Shown in pieces: positions 41,601 through 60,216 of a stretch of DNA of 64,000 nt. This stretch comes from the human T2T-CHM13v2.0 reference genome, Homo sapiens, in NCBI RefSeq assembly GCF_009914755.1, contig NC_060928.1. One strand, 5' to 3'. Made by a program: the position numbers and the translations under genes. Within the stretch, counting starts at the first letter, position 1. Every line of letters starts with the position of its first letter. The notes beneath the pieces are model-generated. The model ran no database searches, had not been told where the DNA came from, and saw only the letters and a list, made by a program, of their open reading frames with translations.

Positions 41601-44600
41601 AAGCATATGTCTCATGCAGGAAGGAAGGCAGGACCAGTGGGGCTTTGCAGGTTGTGCCATTCTCTCCTTGCTTTGCTTGAGACTCTTTATTACCTGTCTC
41701 CCTGACATTATTTGTAGTGTGATTCTGGGTGTGTTCTGTGATTCTTGTGACTAGGTATCCAATTTTGCTTAAGGATGCAAGGAAGTGTTTGGGGAGAAAG
41801 CTCTATTGGAAGAGGTCTGTAGTCCTAGCCTCCCTCCCCACCCCACATTTCACATCATTAGACCTCAGCACATGGGTCTGGGGCACCAACACTGTCTTAC
41901 CTGTTACACAGTGTGGTCTTTATCTGGATGAGGGATGCGAAAGGATACATTGTGGCCAAGAGACCTGGGAGAGGCACAAAAATAACAGGTGACCACCAAG
42001 GGTGCTTGGACCTGAGATGTTTCCATTTCCTAAGACCCTCCAAGATTCTCCAACATTTGGTATAGTTGCCCAGGCAATTTAACAAGAAAATCAAATTTTT
42101 GTTATGACCCCCATTGTAATTTATGCTTATCGCAGAAAAATTGAGACTATAAGAAGGAGAATAGAAGGTCACAAAACCACTCTATACTAGTCCAGGGATA
42201 GCTATTCTTACAACATGGATTGATCAGTGTGGGGTGATTTCTCCTAGTGTTTTTTGGACAGAGAAGCATTGAAGATGCCCTGGTTTTAAGGTCTTAGGAT
42301 GAAGGAATTATAGTTGAACAGTTCAAAATGATGTTATGAATTACTTTCAGATTTGTTTGCTTGATTGCATTAGCCTTGCCTGGCCCTACGGTAACTATTT
42401 GGTTCCATCATGGTGGCTGAGTAGGTGGCTCTGGAAAAAGAGCTATTCAAGAAAAGCTTTTCTTTCTCTAAAAATATTGTAGGGGGCTCGCCCTCTGTTC
42501 TTGGAAGCAACGTTTGGGATGGCCTCTTGGGAGGCTGTCTGGTGAAGTGTCTAGGGGTATGTGGTCTGGACTTGGACAGGACAAGATGCAAATTCTGGCT
42601 GGGATATTCTAGTTGTGGAGTGTTGGGCAAGTTACTTGGTCTTCTGAGTTTATAGGTAAACTGGAGATAATAGGTATGTGTGAATGAGGATCCAATGAGA
42701 TGCCTGTAAAACACTTAGCCAGATGGCTGCGTGAAGAAAGCACTTGGTAAATGCTAATTGTTGTGGTTGTTATAATTAGTACAATGATTAGTCATTGCTG
42801 ATTGTTGGCTAACTGGCGGTAAGAAATGAAAGTAAAGTAAGGCAGTAGCAGCTGAGGGAGGTGGTGGAGGGAATCAGGAGACACTTGGAGGTTCTGGTTC
42901 TGCCTGAGTTTAAGTGCTGGGGAAAACTAGTTGAATAACTGCTGGTCTAACATTTAACAGCTGTGTGACCTCGGGCTAGTCACATTTCCTTTATAAACTT
43001 CCTTTTTCTCATTTGCGAAATGAAGGGGTTTCGTTAGGTTACTTCTCATCACCCCTGGTTGACCATTAGAATCGTTTGGGAGACCTTTTTAGAAATTCTT
43101 GGTTCTGGGGTCTTCCATTTTCCCCATTCTCACTTGGTGGGTCTGAAAGCAGGCACTGCAGCTTTTCCAAAGCTCTTCAGGTGACCTTGAAGTGTGGCCA
43201 GGGCTGAGAACCTCTGACTTCCAACAGCACTTCTGGTTTAGGAAGGAGCAAATCACAGGCACAGAATGAGCTCTCAGGAACGGCTGCTGAGCTAGTAATT
43301 GCCGTGACACTGTCTCCCTGTCCCAACTGCAGGCACCCCTAGACGTCTCCTGACGAAGACTTCCAATTTTGGAACAGAAGAATCTTTGAAAAAAATATTA
43401 TTGAACTTCCAGAAATGATTCATTCCTTCTCTGCTCCTTCTTTAGTTGGAAAGATCTGCCCCCATCCCTGTCTACTGCAGTCCCAATCCCTTTTTATTTC
43501 AACATATATATCTAAACCAACAAAAAAATTGACTCGCACAACCAAGGTGAGGTGTTTGGCTTTAAGGATAAAATAAATAGTTTCATAAAACCTGCCCCCA
43601 GATTTCTCATTGCCTCTACTCATTTTCTCTAATTTGTAGGGCACACTGAAAGCTCGGATTCATAAGATGTAGAAAGGGCAGAGAGTTAAGTTACAAACTC
43701 TTCCTAGGTCTGTTTCAACTCTAACGTTCTATAGCTCTGCTCCGTCTAAACAAGGAATTCTGTTAAATTTGTAACCTGGACTTTCTTGAATACTGAGGTA
43801 ATGTTTCTTGAAGTAGGATATATATACCCAAGAAGAATAAAAATAATTCTGGAGGTGTCTTAATTCTCTGTGGGACTCAATAAAAGTTTTGGTGATTATA
43901 TATAAACACACTTATGAAAGCATCTGGTACATGTAGGTGCTCAGTGCACATGAATTTCTCTTTCCTGCCAGATCTTTTGTAGTGGAAAATTATCTTATTC
44001 TTCCATCTTTGTCTGCAAAGATGCTGCTAAGGAAAGATGTAGAAGAGTTTTACAAGGGAGTTGGAGTATGGGAACAGGAAGTTCCCAAGAAGGCCACTGC
44101 ATTAATAGAATTGAAACAAGATCCCCTAAAGGAAAATCGCTGCCAAATCTCTTTTCTCTAAACTATCCAAAATGGTGCCCCATAAATTTTCATTGACATT
44201 GAAGTACATAATGTAATAAGCTTTTTTTTCCTTAAATATATAATGTACGGAGAAAACCAGGTTGATAATGGTTTCCTGGCATAGCTTTCAAAGGCAAGTG
44301 TGGATGAAGTGGAAATATGGTGCACAGATATTGGAAAGAAACCGCTGTTGAACTCTTCACATTTTCATGTATAACCCAATGATTCTCAAACCTAAACTTG
44401 CATCAGAATTGCCTGGAGGGCTTATTAAAACATGATTTTTGGATGCCACCCTTGCATTAATTAATTACACCTGCAACTGTTCTATTTTTAAATGGTCACA
44501 TTTTAAGGTACTGGGCTGAGGACTTCATTATGTGAGTTTCAAATGGGACATAATTCAACCCCTAGCCCAATCCTAGTGAGTGGTGAGTGGTATCTCTTGG

Positions 44601-45241
44601 TTTTGATTTCTACTTCCCTAGTGACTAATGATGTTGAGCATTTTTATATGTGTTTATTAGCCATTTTTATATCTCTTATGAAAAAATGTGTATAAAATTA
44701 TTGGCCCATTTGTTAATTGGGTTATCCATTTATTATTGAATTATAAGAGCTCTTTACTACTCTGGATGCAAGTCCTGAAACAGAAATAATATTTACAAAT
44801 ATTTTAATCCATTCTGTGAATTTTATTTTCACTTTCTTGATGGCGTCCTTTGAAGAACGTAGGATTTTAATTTGATAAAGTGTAATTTATGTATTTTTTC
44901 TTTTGTTGCTGTGCTTTTGGTATCATATTTAAGAAATAATTGCCTAATCCAAGGTTATGACAATTTTTTATTCTATGTTTGCCTCTAAGAATTTTCTAAT
45001 TTTACCTTTTATATTTAGGTCTTTCATTCATTTTGAGTCAATTTTTGTATATGGTGTAAAGTATGGGTCCTAATTTATTCTTTTGCATGTGGATATCTTG
45101 TTGTCCCTGCACCATTTGTTGAAAAGTGTTGTTTTTTTTTTCCCATTGAATGGCCTTGGCACTCTTGTCTAAAATTAATTGATGGTAACTGTAAGACTTT
45201 ATTTCTGGACTCTTTATTCCATTGATCTATATTTCTATCAT

Positions 45242-45761
45242 TGTTACTGAGCAATGTGCTTGCTGCCTGACAGGGAAGCCAATATTATGGAACTGGTTTT
45301 TGAGAAAAGCAAAAGCTTTATCGTGAGGTTGACTTGCAAGGAAACAGGATGCAAAGCTCAAATCTGTCTCCCCTTCTGGGATCTGGGACAAGTTTTATGG
45401 GTTAGGGAGGGCAAGCTGGTATGCAGAAGCACTGGTAGGGCAGGTTTCAACTGGAAGTACTTTAAACAAGACCATTTATGGTAAGGTATGGTAAGGGTCT
45501 TAACACTGGACATGCCTGGGCTCAGGTTTCTTGCTTTTAAAAATGTTTGGGCCCTCAGGTTCCAGTCATGTCTTGACCATTTTCTTCTGTGGTGGGGCAG
45601 GAGAGGAATTTTTCTTCTGGGTGTTATTCAAGGTTGAGGTCTTCTTTTCTGCATTGCTTCGGCTGCATGACTTAACAACTTTTTGACTTTGTGCCTGTTA
45701 AATAACTTGACATACTATTATCATCAGAGTAGGGCCAGTTAGAACTGGTCCTGTGATTACA
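45242..45761. mobile_element. Solo LTR of uncertain family inserted in an antisense L1
   Basis: TG..CA termini, flanking tcat repeat, L1 sequence resumes on both sides. Confidence 0.55.
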
Positions 45762-46014
45762 TCATTATGCCAGTACCAATTATCTTGATTACTGTAGCAT
45801 TGTAGTAAGTTTTGAAATCAGGAAGTTTGTGTCTTTCAACTTTGGTCTTCTTTTTCAGGATTTTTGGCTCTTCTGTGTTCCTTACATTTCCATATGAATT
45901 TTAAGTTAAACTGTCACTATCTGCAAAAGAAGGAACTGGGATTTTTATAGAGATTACATTGAAGCTGTAAATCAGCTTGGAGAATACTGTCATCTTAACA
46001 ATATTAAGTCTTCT

Positions 46015-46498
<484 letters not shown>

Positions 46499-47029
46499 TT
46501 ATATTTTTCATTGATAGTATATTTTTCATTGATAGTATACAATTGATTTTTGTACACTGATTTTGTAACCTGAAACCTTGCTGACCATGTTTACTCGTTC
46601 TAACAGTTTCCTTTTTGTGGATTTCTTATAATTTTCTATATACAGTATTTCATGTCATCCATGAAGGGGATAGGTTTACTTCTTCTTATCTAATCTGGAT
46701 GAGTTTAGTTTATTTTTCTTACCTAAATTCCTTGGCTAGAACTCCAATACAATGTTGAATATAAGTAATGAAATCAGACATCTTTGGACTGTACTTGATT
46801 TTAAGGGGGAGCATCCAGTCTTTTGCCATTATGTATAATGTTAGCTGTGGGGTTTAATAGATGAATTTTATCAGGTTGAGGAAATTTTATTTCTAATCTG
46901 CTCAGTGTTTTTTTCATCACAAGAGTGTTGGATTTTGTTAATATTTTTGTGTGTCTATTGAGATGATCATATGGTTTTTGTCATTCTACAAAATACAGCA
47001 CATTAAATTGATGGATTTTTACATGTTAA

Positions 47030-49965
<2,936 letters not shown>

Positions 49966-50068
49966 GACTGCATGTTAGACGAGATAATATGTATGAACTA
50001 CCTGGCATATAATAGATGCTTCCTAAATAAGATTCTAAAAAATAATTATGCTCCAAAAATATTTTTAA

Positions 50069-50299
<231 letters not shown>

Positions 50300-51365
50300 T
50301 AGGTCCAAATTTTTATTAGAATGAAGGAAGAGGAAAAATCCAGACATTATAGTGTGAGTGTGGTTGGTAGGAATGGAATTTGCAGGCCATTGAGGGGCCA
50401 TGATATAATTAAGATTTAGGACATCTGGAGAAGGGAGCTAAGAGAGAGAAATAGGGATACAGAGATAGGAAAGGGGCTTTGGCCAAAAACTAGGCAGAAA
50501 AAACCTAACACCAAACCCAACTCGAACAAACAAATTAACACGACCTATATAATAACAAAACTTTCCCCTGACCTATGATAATAATAGTAGTAGTAGTAGT
50601 AATAACAGCAATGCCAAGTTACACTTGCAGACTGCTTCTTCTTTTTCTTGCTTACAAAAGACTCTCCTAATCCTTACTTTCTTAGGCCTTCATAGCCATT
50701 CTCTGGAATGGGCACATCAGGTGTCAGCATCCCAATTTCACCAGTGAGAAAACTGAGGGTTGGTGTGTTTAGGTGACCAGTGTTGCCCAAGTTTGACAGG
50801 CTTCAAAGTGACCAGTTTAAATGTAAATGGTATGAGACCTGGAGCCACAGAGGCCTGGATTCTAATACATTGGTTATATTGGAAAAGCTCTATCAGAGTG
50901 CACCTTTTCTATAGCCAATGTTTAAGGCAAAATTCCATGTGCCTAAAATTTTCTTTGTGAAGCCCTTAAATCCATCCAGAAATTACAGCCTCTCATTCCA
51001 TTGTTAGTGAGCTGGAGTCATTGTGAAACTTCTCCATTCACTAGGCGTGATGCCCTATGCAGAGAAGGTGTTTGGCAAATAATAACCCAGGCTGACATTT
51101 GTCAAATAAGTGACTATGCGATGGATAGTATGCTAAGCAATTTACTTGCATTTATCTCAGTTAATTTCCCTAGCACCCCATTAGTTTATTTCAGTCATTA
51201 TCATTACCATTTTACAGGTGTAGAAAGTGGGGCTTAGTGATGTTTTGGTTGCTCAAGGTGAAACACCTGATAAGTGATGATGATGCTGGGCTTCAATAAG
51301 GGCTGGGATTTTAGGGCCCATACTTTAAACCAGTATCCTTCACTGACTCCCATTAAGAATGAATA

Positions 51366-54300
51366 GGGGGAGGAGCCAAGATGGCTGAATAGGAACAGCT
51401 CCAGTCTGCAGCTCCCAGTGAGACCAACGCAGAAGGTGGGTGATTTCTGCATTTCCATCTGAGATCAGGTTTCCTCGTGTGTCTACACCACCAGGGCCCT
51501 GGGTTTCAGGCACAAAACCGAGCCGCTGTTTGGGCAGACACCAAGCTAGGTGCAGGAGTTTTTTTCGTACCCCAGTGGCGCCTGAAACCCCAGTGAGACA
51601 GAACTGTTCACTCCCCTGGAAAGGGGGCTGAAGCCAGGGAGCCAAGTGGTCTCGCTCAGCGGGTCTCACTCCCACGGAGACCAGCAAGCTAAGAACCACT
51701 GGCTTGAAATTCTTGCTGCCAGCACAGCAGTCTGAAGTTGACCTGGGATGATGGAGCTGGGTGGGGGGAGGGGCGTCCGCCATTACTGAGGCTTTAATAG
51801 GCGGTTTTCCCCTGACAGTGCTAAGGGGGCTGGGAAGTCTGGACTGAGTGTGGCAACGTGGTTGTGGCCAGACTGCTTCTCTAGATTCCTCCTCACTGGG
51901 CAGGGCATCTCTGAAGGAAAGGTAACAACCCCAGTCAGGGGCTTACAGACAAAACCTCCGTCTCCCTGGGACAGAGCACCTGGCAGAAGGGGCAGCTGTG
52001 GGCACAGCTTCAGTGGATTTAATCATTCCTGCCTGCTGGCTCTGAAGACAGCAGCTGATCCTGACAAGAGGGATTCTCCCAGCACAGCACACCAACTCTG
52101 CTAAAGGACGGATTGCCTCCTCAAGTGAGTCCCTGACCCCTGTGTCTCCTGACTGAGAGAGACCACCCAACAGGGGTCGATAGACACCTCATACAGGAGA
52201 GCTCCGGCTGGCATCAGGCCGGTGCCCCTCTGGAATGAAGCTTCCAGAGGAAGGAGCAGGCTGTCATCTTTGCTGTTCTGTAGCCTCCACTCGTGATACC
52301 TTCAGGTGCGGGAGGAACCCAGGTGAATAGGGTCTGGAGTGGACCCCCTGCACACTGCAGCAGCCCTATGGAAGAAAGGGCCTGACTGCTAAAAGAAAAA
52401 ACAGAAAGCAACAACATCAATGAAAAAGACCCCACAAAAACCCATCCAAAGGTCAGTAGCCTCAAAGATCAAAGGTAGATAAATGCAAGAAGATGAGAAA
52501 GAATCAGCACAAAAATGCTGAAAACTCAAAAAGCCAGTGTGCCTCTTCTCCTCCAGATGATCTTAACACATCTCCAACAAGGGCATAGAACTGGGCTGAG
52601 GCCCCTAAAAAGAGATGAGTTCATGTCCTTTGCAGGCATATGGATGAAGCTGGAAACCATCATTCTCAGCAAACTATCACAAGATCAGAAAACCAAACAC
52701 CACATGTTCTCATAAGTGGGAGTTGAACAGTGAGAACACATGGACACAGGGAGGGGAACATCACACACCAGGGCCTGTCAGGGGTGGGTGCTAGGGGAGG
52801 ATAACATTAGGAGAAATACCTAACGTAGGTGACGGGTTGATGGGTGCAGCAAACCACCATGGCATGTGTATACCTATGTAACAAAACTGCACATTCTGCA
52901 CATGTAACCCAGAACTTAAAGTATAAAAAAACAAAAGATACTAGCTACATTTACCCAATGTTAAAAAAAAAAAAAGAACTGGGCTGAGGCTGAGGTGGAT
53001 GAATTGACAGAAGTAGGCTTCAGAAGATGCATAATAATGAAATTCACTGAGCTGAAGGAGTATATTCTAACCCACTGCAAAGAAGCTAAGAACCATGATA
53101 AAACATAGGAGCTGTTAACCAGAATAACTGGTTTAGAGAGGAACATAAATGACCTGATGGAGCTGAAAAACACAACACGAGAACTTCAAGATGTAAACAC
53201 AAGTATCAATAACCAAATAGACCAAACAGAAGAAAGGATATCAGAGCTTGAAGAGTATCTTGCTGAAATAAGACAGGCAGACAAGATTAGAGAAAAAAGA
53301 ATGAAAAGGAACAAACAAAACCTCTGAGAACTATGGGATTACATAAAAAGAACCTATGACTGATTGGGGTACCTGAAAGAGACAGGAAGAATGAAACCAC
53401 GTTGGAAAACACACTTCAGGATATCATCCAGGAGAACTTCTTCAACCTAGCAAGATGGGCCAACATTCAAATTCAGGAAATCCAGAGAACCCCAGTAAGA
53501 TACTCCATGAGAAGATCAACCCCAAGACACATAATCATCAGATTCTCCAGGTCACCTATAAAGGGAAGCCAATTAGACTAACAGCAGACCTCTCAGCAGA
53601 AACCTACAAGCCAGAAGAGATTGGGGGCCAATATTCAACATTCTTAAAGAAAATAATTTCCAACCTTGAATTTCATATCTAGCCAAACTAAGTTCATAAA
53701 TGAAGGAGAAATAAAATCTTTTTCAGACAAGCAAATGCTAAGGGAATTCGTCACCACCAGGCCTGCCTTGCAAGAGCTCCTGAAGGAAGCACTAAATATG
53801 GAAAGGAAAAACCATTATCAGCCACTACAGAAACACACCGAAGTACACAGACCAATGACACTATGAAGCAACTACGTAAACAAATCTTCACAATAACCAG
53901 CTAGCATCATGATAACTGGATCAAATTCACACATAACAAATTAACCTTAAGTGTAAATGGGCTAAATGTCCCAACTAAAAGACATGGAATGGCAAGCTGG
54001 ATAGTCAAGATCAATTGGTGTGCTGTATACAAGAGACCCATCTCACATGCAAAGACACACATAGGCTCAAAATAAGGGATGGAGGAATATTTACCAAGCA
54101 AATGGGAAACAGAAAAGAGCAGGGGTTGCAATCCTAGTTTATGACAAAACAGACTTTAAACCAACAAAGATCAAAAAAGAAAAAGAAGGGTATTACATAA
54201 GGATAAAGGGGTAAATTCAACAAGAAGAGCAAACTATCTTAAATATATATGTGCCCAATACAGGAACACTGAGATTCATAAAACAAGTTCTTAGAGACCT

Positions 54301-57300
54301 TCAAAGAGATTTAGATACCCACACAATAATAGTGGGAGAATTTAACATCCCACTGTCAATATTAGACAGATCATCAAGACAGAAAATTAGCAAAGATATT
54401 CACGACCTGAACTCAGCTCAGGATCAAGTGGACCTGATGGATATCTACTGAAGTCTCCATGCCAAAGCAACAGAATATACATTATTATTGGTGCCACATG
54501 GCATCTACTCTAAAATTGATCACACAATTGGAAGTAAATTACTCCTCAGCAAATGCAGAAGAACTAAAATCATAACAAACAATCTCACAGACCACAGCAC
54601 AATCAAATTAGAACTCAAGATTAAGAAACTCACTGAAAACCATGCAATTACATGGAAATTGAACAACCTGCTCCTGAATGACTCCTGGGTAAATAATAAA
54701 ATTAAGCCAGAAATTAAGAAGTTCTTTGAAACTAATAGGAAAAAAGAGACAATGTATCAGAATCTCTGGGATGCAACTAAAGCAGTGTTAAGAGGGAAAT
54801 TTATAGCACTAAATGCCCACATCAAAAAGCTAGGAAGATATCAAATTGACATCCTAACATCACAACTAAAAGAACTAGAGAACCAAGAGAAAACAAATCC
54901 CAAAGCTAGCAGAAGACAAGAAATAACCAAGCTCAGAGCAGAACTGAAGGAGATAGAGACACAAAAATCCCTTCCAAAAAAAAATGAATGCAGGAGGTGG
55001 TTTTTTGAAAAAAAATTAATAGAATAGATGGATCGCTAGCTAGACTAATAAAGAAAATAGAGAAGAATCAGATAGATACAATAAAATGATAAAGGGGATA
55101 TCACCACAGAAATACAAACAACCATCAGAGAATACTATAAATACCTCTATGCAAATAAACTAGAACATCTAGAAGAAATGAATAAATTTCTGGATACATA
55201 CACCCTCCCAAGACTGAACCAGGAAGAAGTTGAGTTCCTGAACAGACCAATAACAAGTTCTATAATTGAGGCAGTAATAAATACCAACCAAAAAAAAAAA
55301 AAAAAAAGCCCAGGATCAGACAGATTTATAACTGAATTTTACCAGATTTACAAAGAGGAGCTGATACCCTTTCTTCTGAAACTGTTCCAAAAAATTGAAA
55401 AGTAAGGACTCCTCCCTAACTCATTTTATGAGACTAGCACCATCCTGATAATAAAAACTGGCAGAGATTTAAAAAAAAAAAGAAAGAAAGAAAACTTCAG
55501 GCCAATATCCTGAAGAACATCGATACAAAAATTCTCAACAAAATACTGGCAAACTGAATCCAGCAGCACATCAAAAAGCTTATCCACCATGATCAAGTTG
55601 GCTTCATCCTCAGGATGCAAGGCAGGTTCAACGTACATGAATCAATAAATGTAATTCATTACATAAAGAGAACTAAAGACAAAAACCACATGATTATCTC
55701 AATAGATGCGGAAAAGGCCTTCGATAAAATTCACCATCCCTTCACGTTAAAAACTCTCAATAAGCTAGGTATCAAAGGAACATACCTCAAAATAATAAGA
55801 ACCATTTATGACAAACCCACAAGCAATATCATACTGAGTGGGCAAAAGCTGGAAGCATTCCCCTTGAAAACCGGCACAAGACAAGGATGTCCTCTCTCAC
55901 CACTCCTATTCAACATAGTATTGGATGTTCTGACCGGGACAATCAGGCAAGAGAAAGAAATAAAGTCTTTTCAAATGGAAAAAAGGAAATAAAATTGTCT
56001 TTGTTTGCAGATGACATGATCCTATAACTAGAAAACCGGATCATCTCAGCCCCAAAGCTTCTTAAGCTGATAAGCAACTTCAGCAAAGTCTCAGGATACA
56101 AAATCAATGTGCAAAAATCACAAGCATTCCTGTACACCAACAACACGCAAGCAGAGAGCCAAATCATGAATGAACTCCCATTCACAAAGGGAATAAAATA
56201 CCTAGGAATACAGCAAACAAGGGAAGTGAAGGACCTCTTCATGGATACCTATAATCCACTGCTCAAGGAAATCAGAAAGGACACAAACAAATAGAAAAAC
56301 ATTCCTTCCTCATGGATAGGAAGAATCAATATCGTGAAAATGGCCATACTGCCCAAGGTAATTTATAGATTCAGTGCTATTCCCATTAAACTACTATTGA
56401 CATTCTTCATAGAATTAGAAGAAACTATTTTAAAATTCATATGGAACCAAAAAAGCTCATATAGCCAAGATGATCCTAAGCAAAAAGAACAAAGCTGGAG
56501 GCATCGTGCTACCCAACTCCAAACTGCACTACAAGGCTACAGATGCCAAAATAGCATGGTACTTGTACAAAAATAAACACATAGACCAATAGAACAGAGT
56601 AGAGATCTCAGAAATAAAACTACACATCTGCAGCCATCTAATCTTTGGCAAACCTGACAAAAACAAGCAATGGGGAAAGGAATCCACATTTAATAACTGG
56701 TGCTTGAGAACTACCTAGCCATATGCAGACAATTGAAACTGGACCCCTTCCTTGCAACTCATACAAAAATTAAGATGAATTAGAGACTTAAATGTATAAC
56801 CCAAAACTATAAAAACCTTAGAAGAAAATCTAGGCAATATCATTTGGGACACAGGCACAGGCAAAGATTTCATGAAATTGCCAAATGCAATTGTAACAAA
56901 AGCAAAAATTGACAAATGGGATCTAATTAAACTAAAGTGCTTCTGCACAGCAGAAGAAACTATCATCAGAGTGAACAGAAAACCTGCAGAATGGGAGAAG
57001 ATTTTTGCAATCTATCCCTCTGACAAAGGTCTAATATCCAGAATTTACAAAGAACTTAAACAAATTTACAAGAAAAAAATAAACAGCCCCATCAAAAAGT
57101 GGGCAAAGAACATGAACAGACACTTCTCAAAAGAAGACATCCATGTGGCCAACAAACATATGAAAAAAAGCTCAACATCACTGGTCATTAGAGAAATGCA
57201 AATCAAAACCACAATCTCATGCCAGTCAGAATGGCATTATTAAAAAGTCAAGAAACAGCAGATGCTGGTGAGATTGTGGAGAGATAGAAATGCTTTTACA

Positions 57301-57940
57301 CTGTTGGTGGGAATGTAAATTAGTTCAACCATTGTGGAAGATAGTGTGGCAATTCCTCAAAGATCTAGAACTAGAAATACCGTTTGACCCAGCAATCCCA
57401 TTACTGGGTATAATAGAAATCATTCTATTATAAAGATATGTGCATGCATATGTTCATTGCAGTGCCATTCACAATAGCAAAGACATGGAATCAACTCAAA
57501 TGCCCATCAGTGATAGGCTGGATAAAGAAAATGTGGTACGTATACACCATGAAATATTATGCAGCCATAAAAAGGAACAAGATCATGTCCTTTGTAGGGA
57601 CATAGATGGAGCCAGAAGCCACATCTTCAGCAAACTAACACAGGAACATGCAAATGCTGCATGTTCTCACTTATAAGTGGGAGCTGAACAGTGAGAACAC
57701 ATGGACACCAGGAGGGGAAAAACACACACTGTAGCTTGTTGGGGTTGGGGTGAGGGGAGTGAGAACATTAGGACAAATAGCTAATGCATACTTGGCTTAA
57801 TACCTAGGTGATGGGTTAATAGGTGCAGCAAACCCATGGCACATATTTACCTATGTAACAAACCTGCACATCCTGCATGTATACCCTGGATATACATGCC
57901 CAGGATATACATTTTATTTAAAATAAAAATAAAAATAATA
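51366..57940 (+). mobile_element. Near full-length L1PA (degenerate ORF1/ORF2), sense, filling most of CD38 intron 2
   Basis: Starts gggggaggagccaagatggc (L1 5' end with YY1 site); ORF1 and ORF2 fragments carry stops and frameshifts; 3'UTR and A-rich tail. Confidence 0.95.
52603..52974 (+). mobile_element. Short 5'-truncated L1 nested in ORF1 of the host L1
   Basis: L1 3' end with poly-A; 16-bp TSD agaactgggctgaggc (52587-52602 / 52975-52990). Confidence 0.9.
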
Positions 57941-58276
57941 GATTCATAAAACAGAATATAATTCTGAACTTTGACTCCCTGTACCTTTAAGAGGGACCCT
58001 TAAATTTAAAAATCTATTGTATTTTTTTTTTAGTAGGGGTAGGGAATATTTAGGGAATTTGGAAGGGGTTATATAGTTCTTTAAGAATCAAATAGCACAT
58101 CTTCCTGAAAATAGCACGTAGACAAAGTTTTTTTGGAGATAACCTTAGGAATATCGTAACTCTCTGATGCCACCTCCATATGTGATCCTATGTTGATTAT
58201 AAGATTTTGATCAGTGGCTTTCAGACTTTTTTGACTGCAACCTAGAATAAAAGATTCATTTACATTGTGACCTAGA

Positions 58277-58303
58277 ACACACACACACACACACACTCTC
58301 TCT
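58277..58303. repeat. (CA)n(CT)n microsatellite
   Basis: Direct reading. Confidence 0.9.
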
Positions 58304-58475
58304 CCGCCACTCTCCTGCACACAGAAATCATTGATGCTTACAACAATTCTTACTCTTACTATGGGTGATTTACTTTGATATGCTCTGTTTTTTTTTTCAT
58401 TTACAAAACTGTGGATTAATTTTTTTTGACATGCTAAATTGATCTCAGTAATAGATTGTATTTATTCTTCCTTAG

Positions 58476-58682
<207 letters not shown>

Positions 58683-58739
58683 TGAATGATTAGTGTGGAG
58701 GACAGAGCCACAGGCACCCATCCTGATGCCATCTATACT

Positions 58740-59160
58740 TATATTAGTCCATTTGTGTTGCTATTAAGGAATACCTGAGGCTGCGTAATTTATAAAGAAA
58801 AGAGGTTTATTTGACTCACAGTTACGCAGGCTGTACAAGAAGTAGGGTACCAGCATCCACTTCGGGTGAAGGCCTGAGGCTGTTTCCACTCATGGAGAAG
58901 GGGAAGGGGAGCTGGCATTTACAGAGATCACATGGTGAGGGAGGAAAGCAAGGAGAGGTCAGGGGAGGTGCCAGGCTGTTTGTAATGACCAGCTGTCCTG
59001 GGAACTAGTAGAGTAAGAACTCATTACTATAAGGACAGCACCATGCCATTCGTGCAGGATCATCCCTATGACCCAAACACCTCCTACTAGTCCCGAGCTC
59101 CAACACTGGGGGTCGAATTTCAACATAAGGTTTGGAGAGTTAAATATCCAAACTATAGCA
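58740..59160 (-). mobile_element. MaLR LTR (MST-like)
   Basis: tattagtccatttgtgttgctattaaggaatacctgagg.. ending tatccaaactatagca. Confidence 0.78.
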
Positions 59161-60051
59161 CTACCCTTAATGGCAACTCAGGCTGATATAAAGTAGCATT
59201 CCCTGTTTTCTTGAAAAATTGACTTCAGAGTTGGGGATTGCCCATGCTCCCTAATTCCCTTCTTTTGAGTGCTCACATAGCCTGCTTCCGAATTCTTGGT
59301 ATTTTGCTCTCTGTAAGGTCATCATTCAGGTCCAAAGAAGTCTAGAACAGGATGAGGTCTCAGTGGGACCTAGACCAAGGTTCTTGCTCTTCAGAATCAT
59401 CACAGTAGCCATGGACTGGACTCTTCCATCTCAGGCACTGGCTTTGCCATCATTTTTCAGATGTAGCCTTATCCTGCCCAGAAAGACTCAACACCTCACC
59501 AGGGGAAGGGATTTCCTACAACCAAAACCCTACTGCAGTTTTCACTTCTTTTTTTTTTCTTTTTGTTTATATGGTGGATATTTTTACTTTATATAGTTTT
59601 ATTCTTATTTTTACTGTTTTTCATTGTTTGTTTTTAAAAGCTTATCTTATTATAGCTTCTTTGTCCCAGGTTTGCATTACTTTCAATTACAAAAATAAAG
59701 CATGATTATTTGAAAAAAAAATACTTGCACATTACAGAAATGCATAAAAGCAAAAAGCAAATGTCACTCTGAATTTTCCCTTCACCTCCTACCTCCGCAT
59801 CACTTCTCAAAGGGTAACTATTATCAGCAATTTGATATAGATCTTTCTAGACTTTTCCTATGCTAATGTAAACATATATATTTAAAATGTACACGCGCTG
59901 TTGTGCAACTTGCTTTATTCACTTAAAATTGGTAGGTATAAAGATAGCTATCCTCTTTTAAAAGGCTTTATCATTAAGAATCCTATTAATGGATATTAAG
60001 TTGCTTTAGTTTTGGTTGCTATTATGTCATTATTGTAAGAAACACTTTTGT

Positions 60052-60054
<3 letters not shown>

Positions 60055-60091
<37 letters not shown>
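60055..60091. repeat. (CA)n microsatellite
   Basis: Direct reading. Confidence 0.95.
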
Positions 60092-60093
<2 letters not shown>

Positions 60094-60216
60094 GCATACT
60101 TGAACGATAAATTTTTATAAATGAAACTTCAATGTTAAAGGATAAATTGTAATAGAAACTGGTAACATGTCATTTAAAAGATGGTAACTATACCCTCATC
60201 AAGAGTATATATATGA

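Noticed and set aside
51366-57940. Retrotransposition-competent L1
   Set aside because: ORF1 is interrupted by a nested L1, and both ORFs have many stops and frameshifts.
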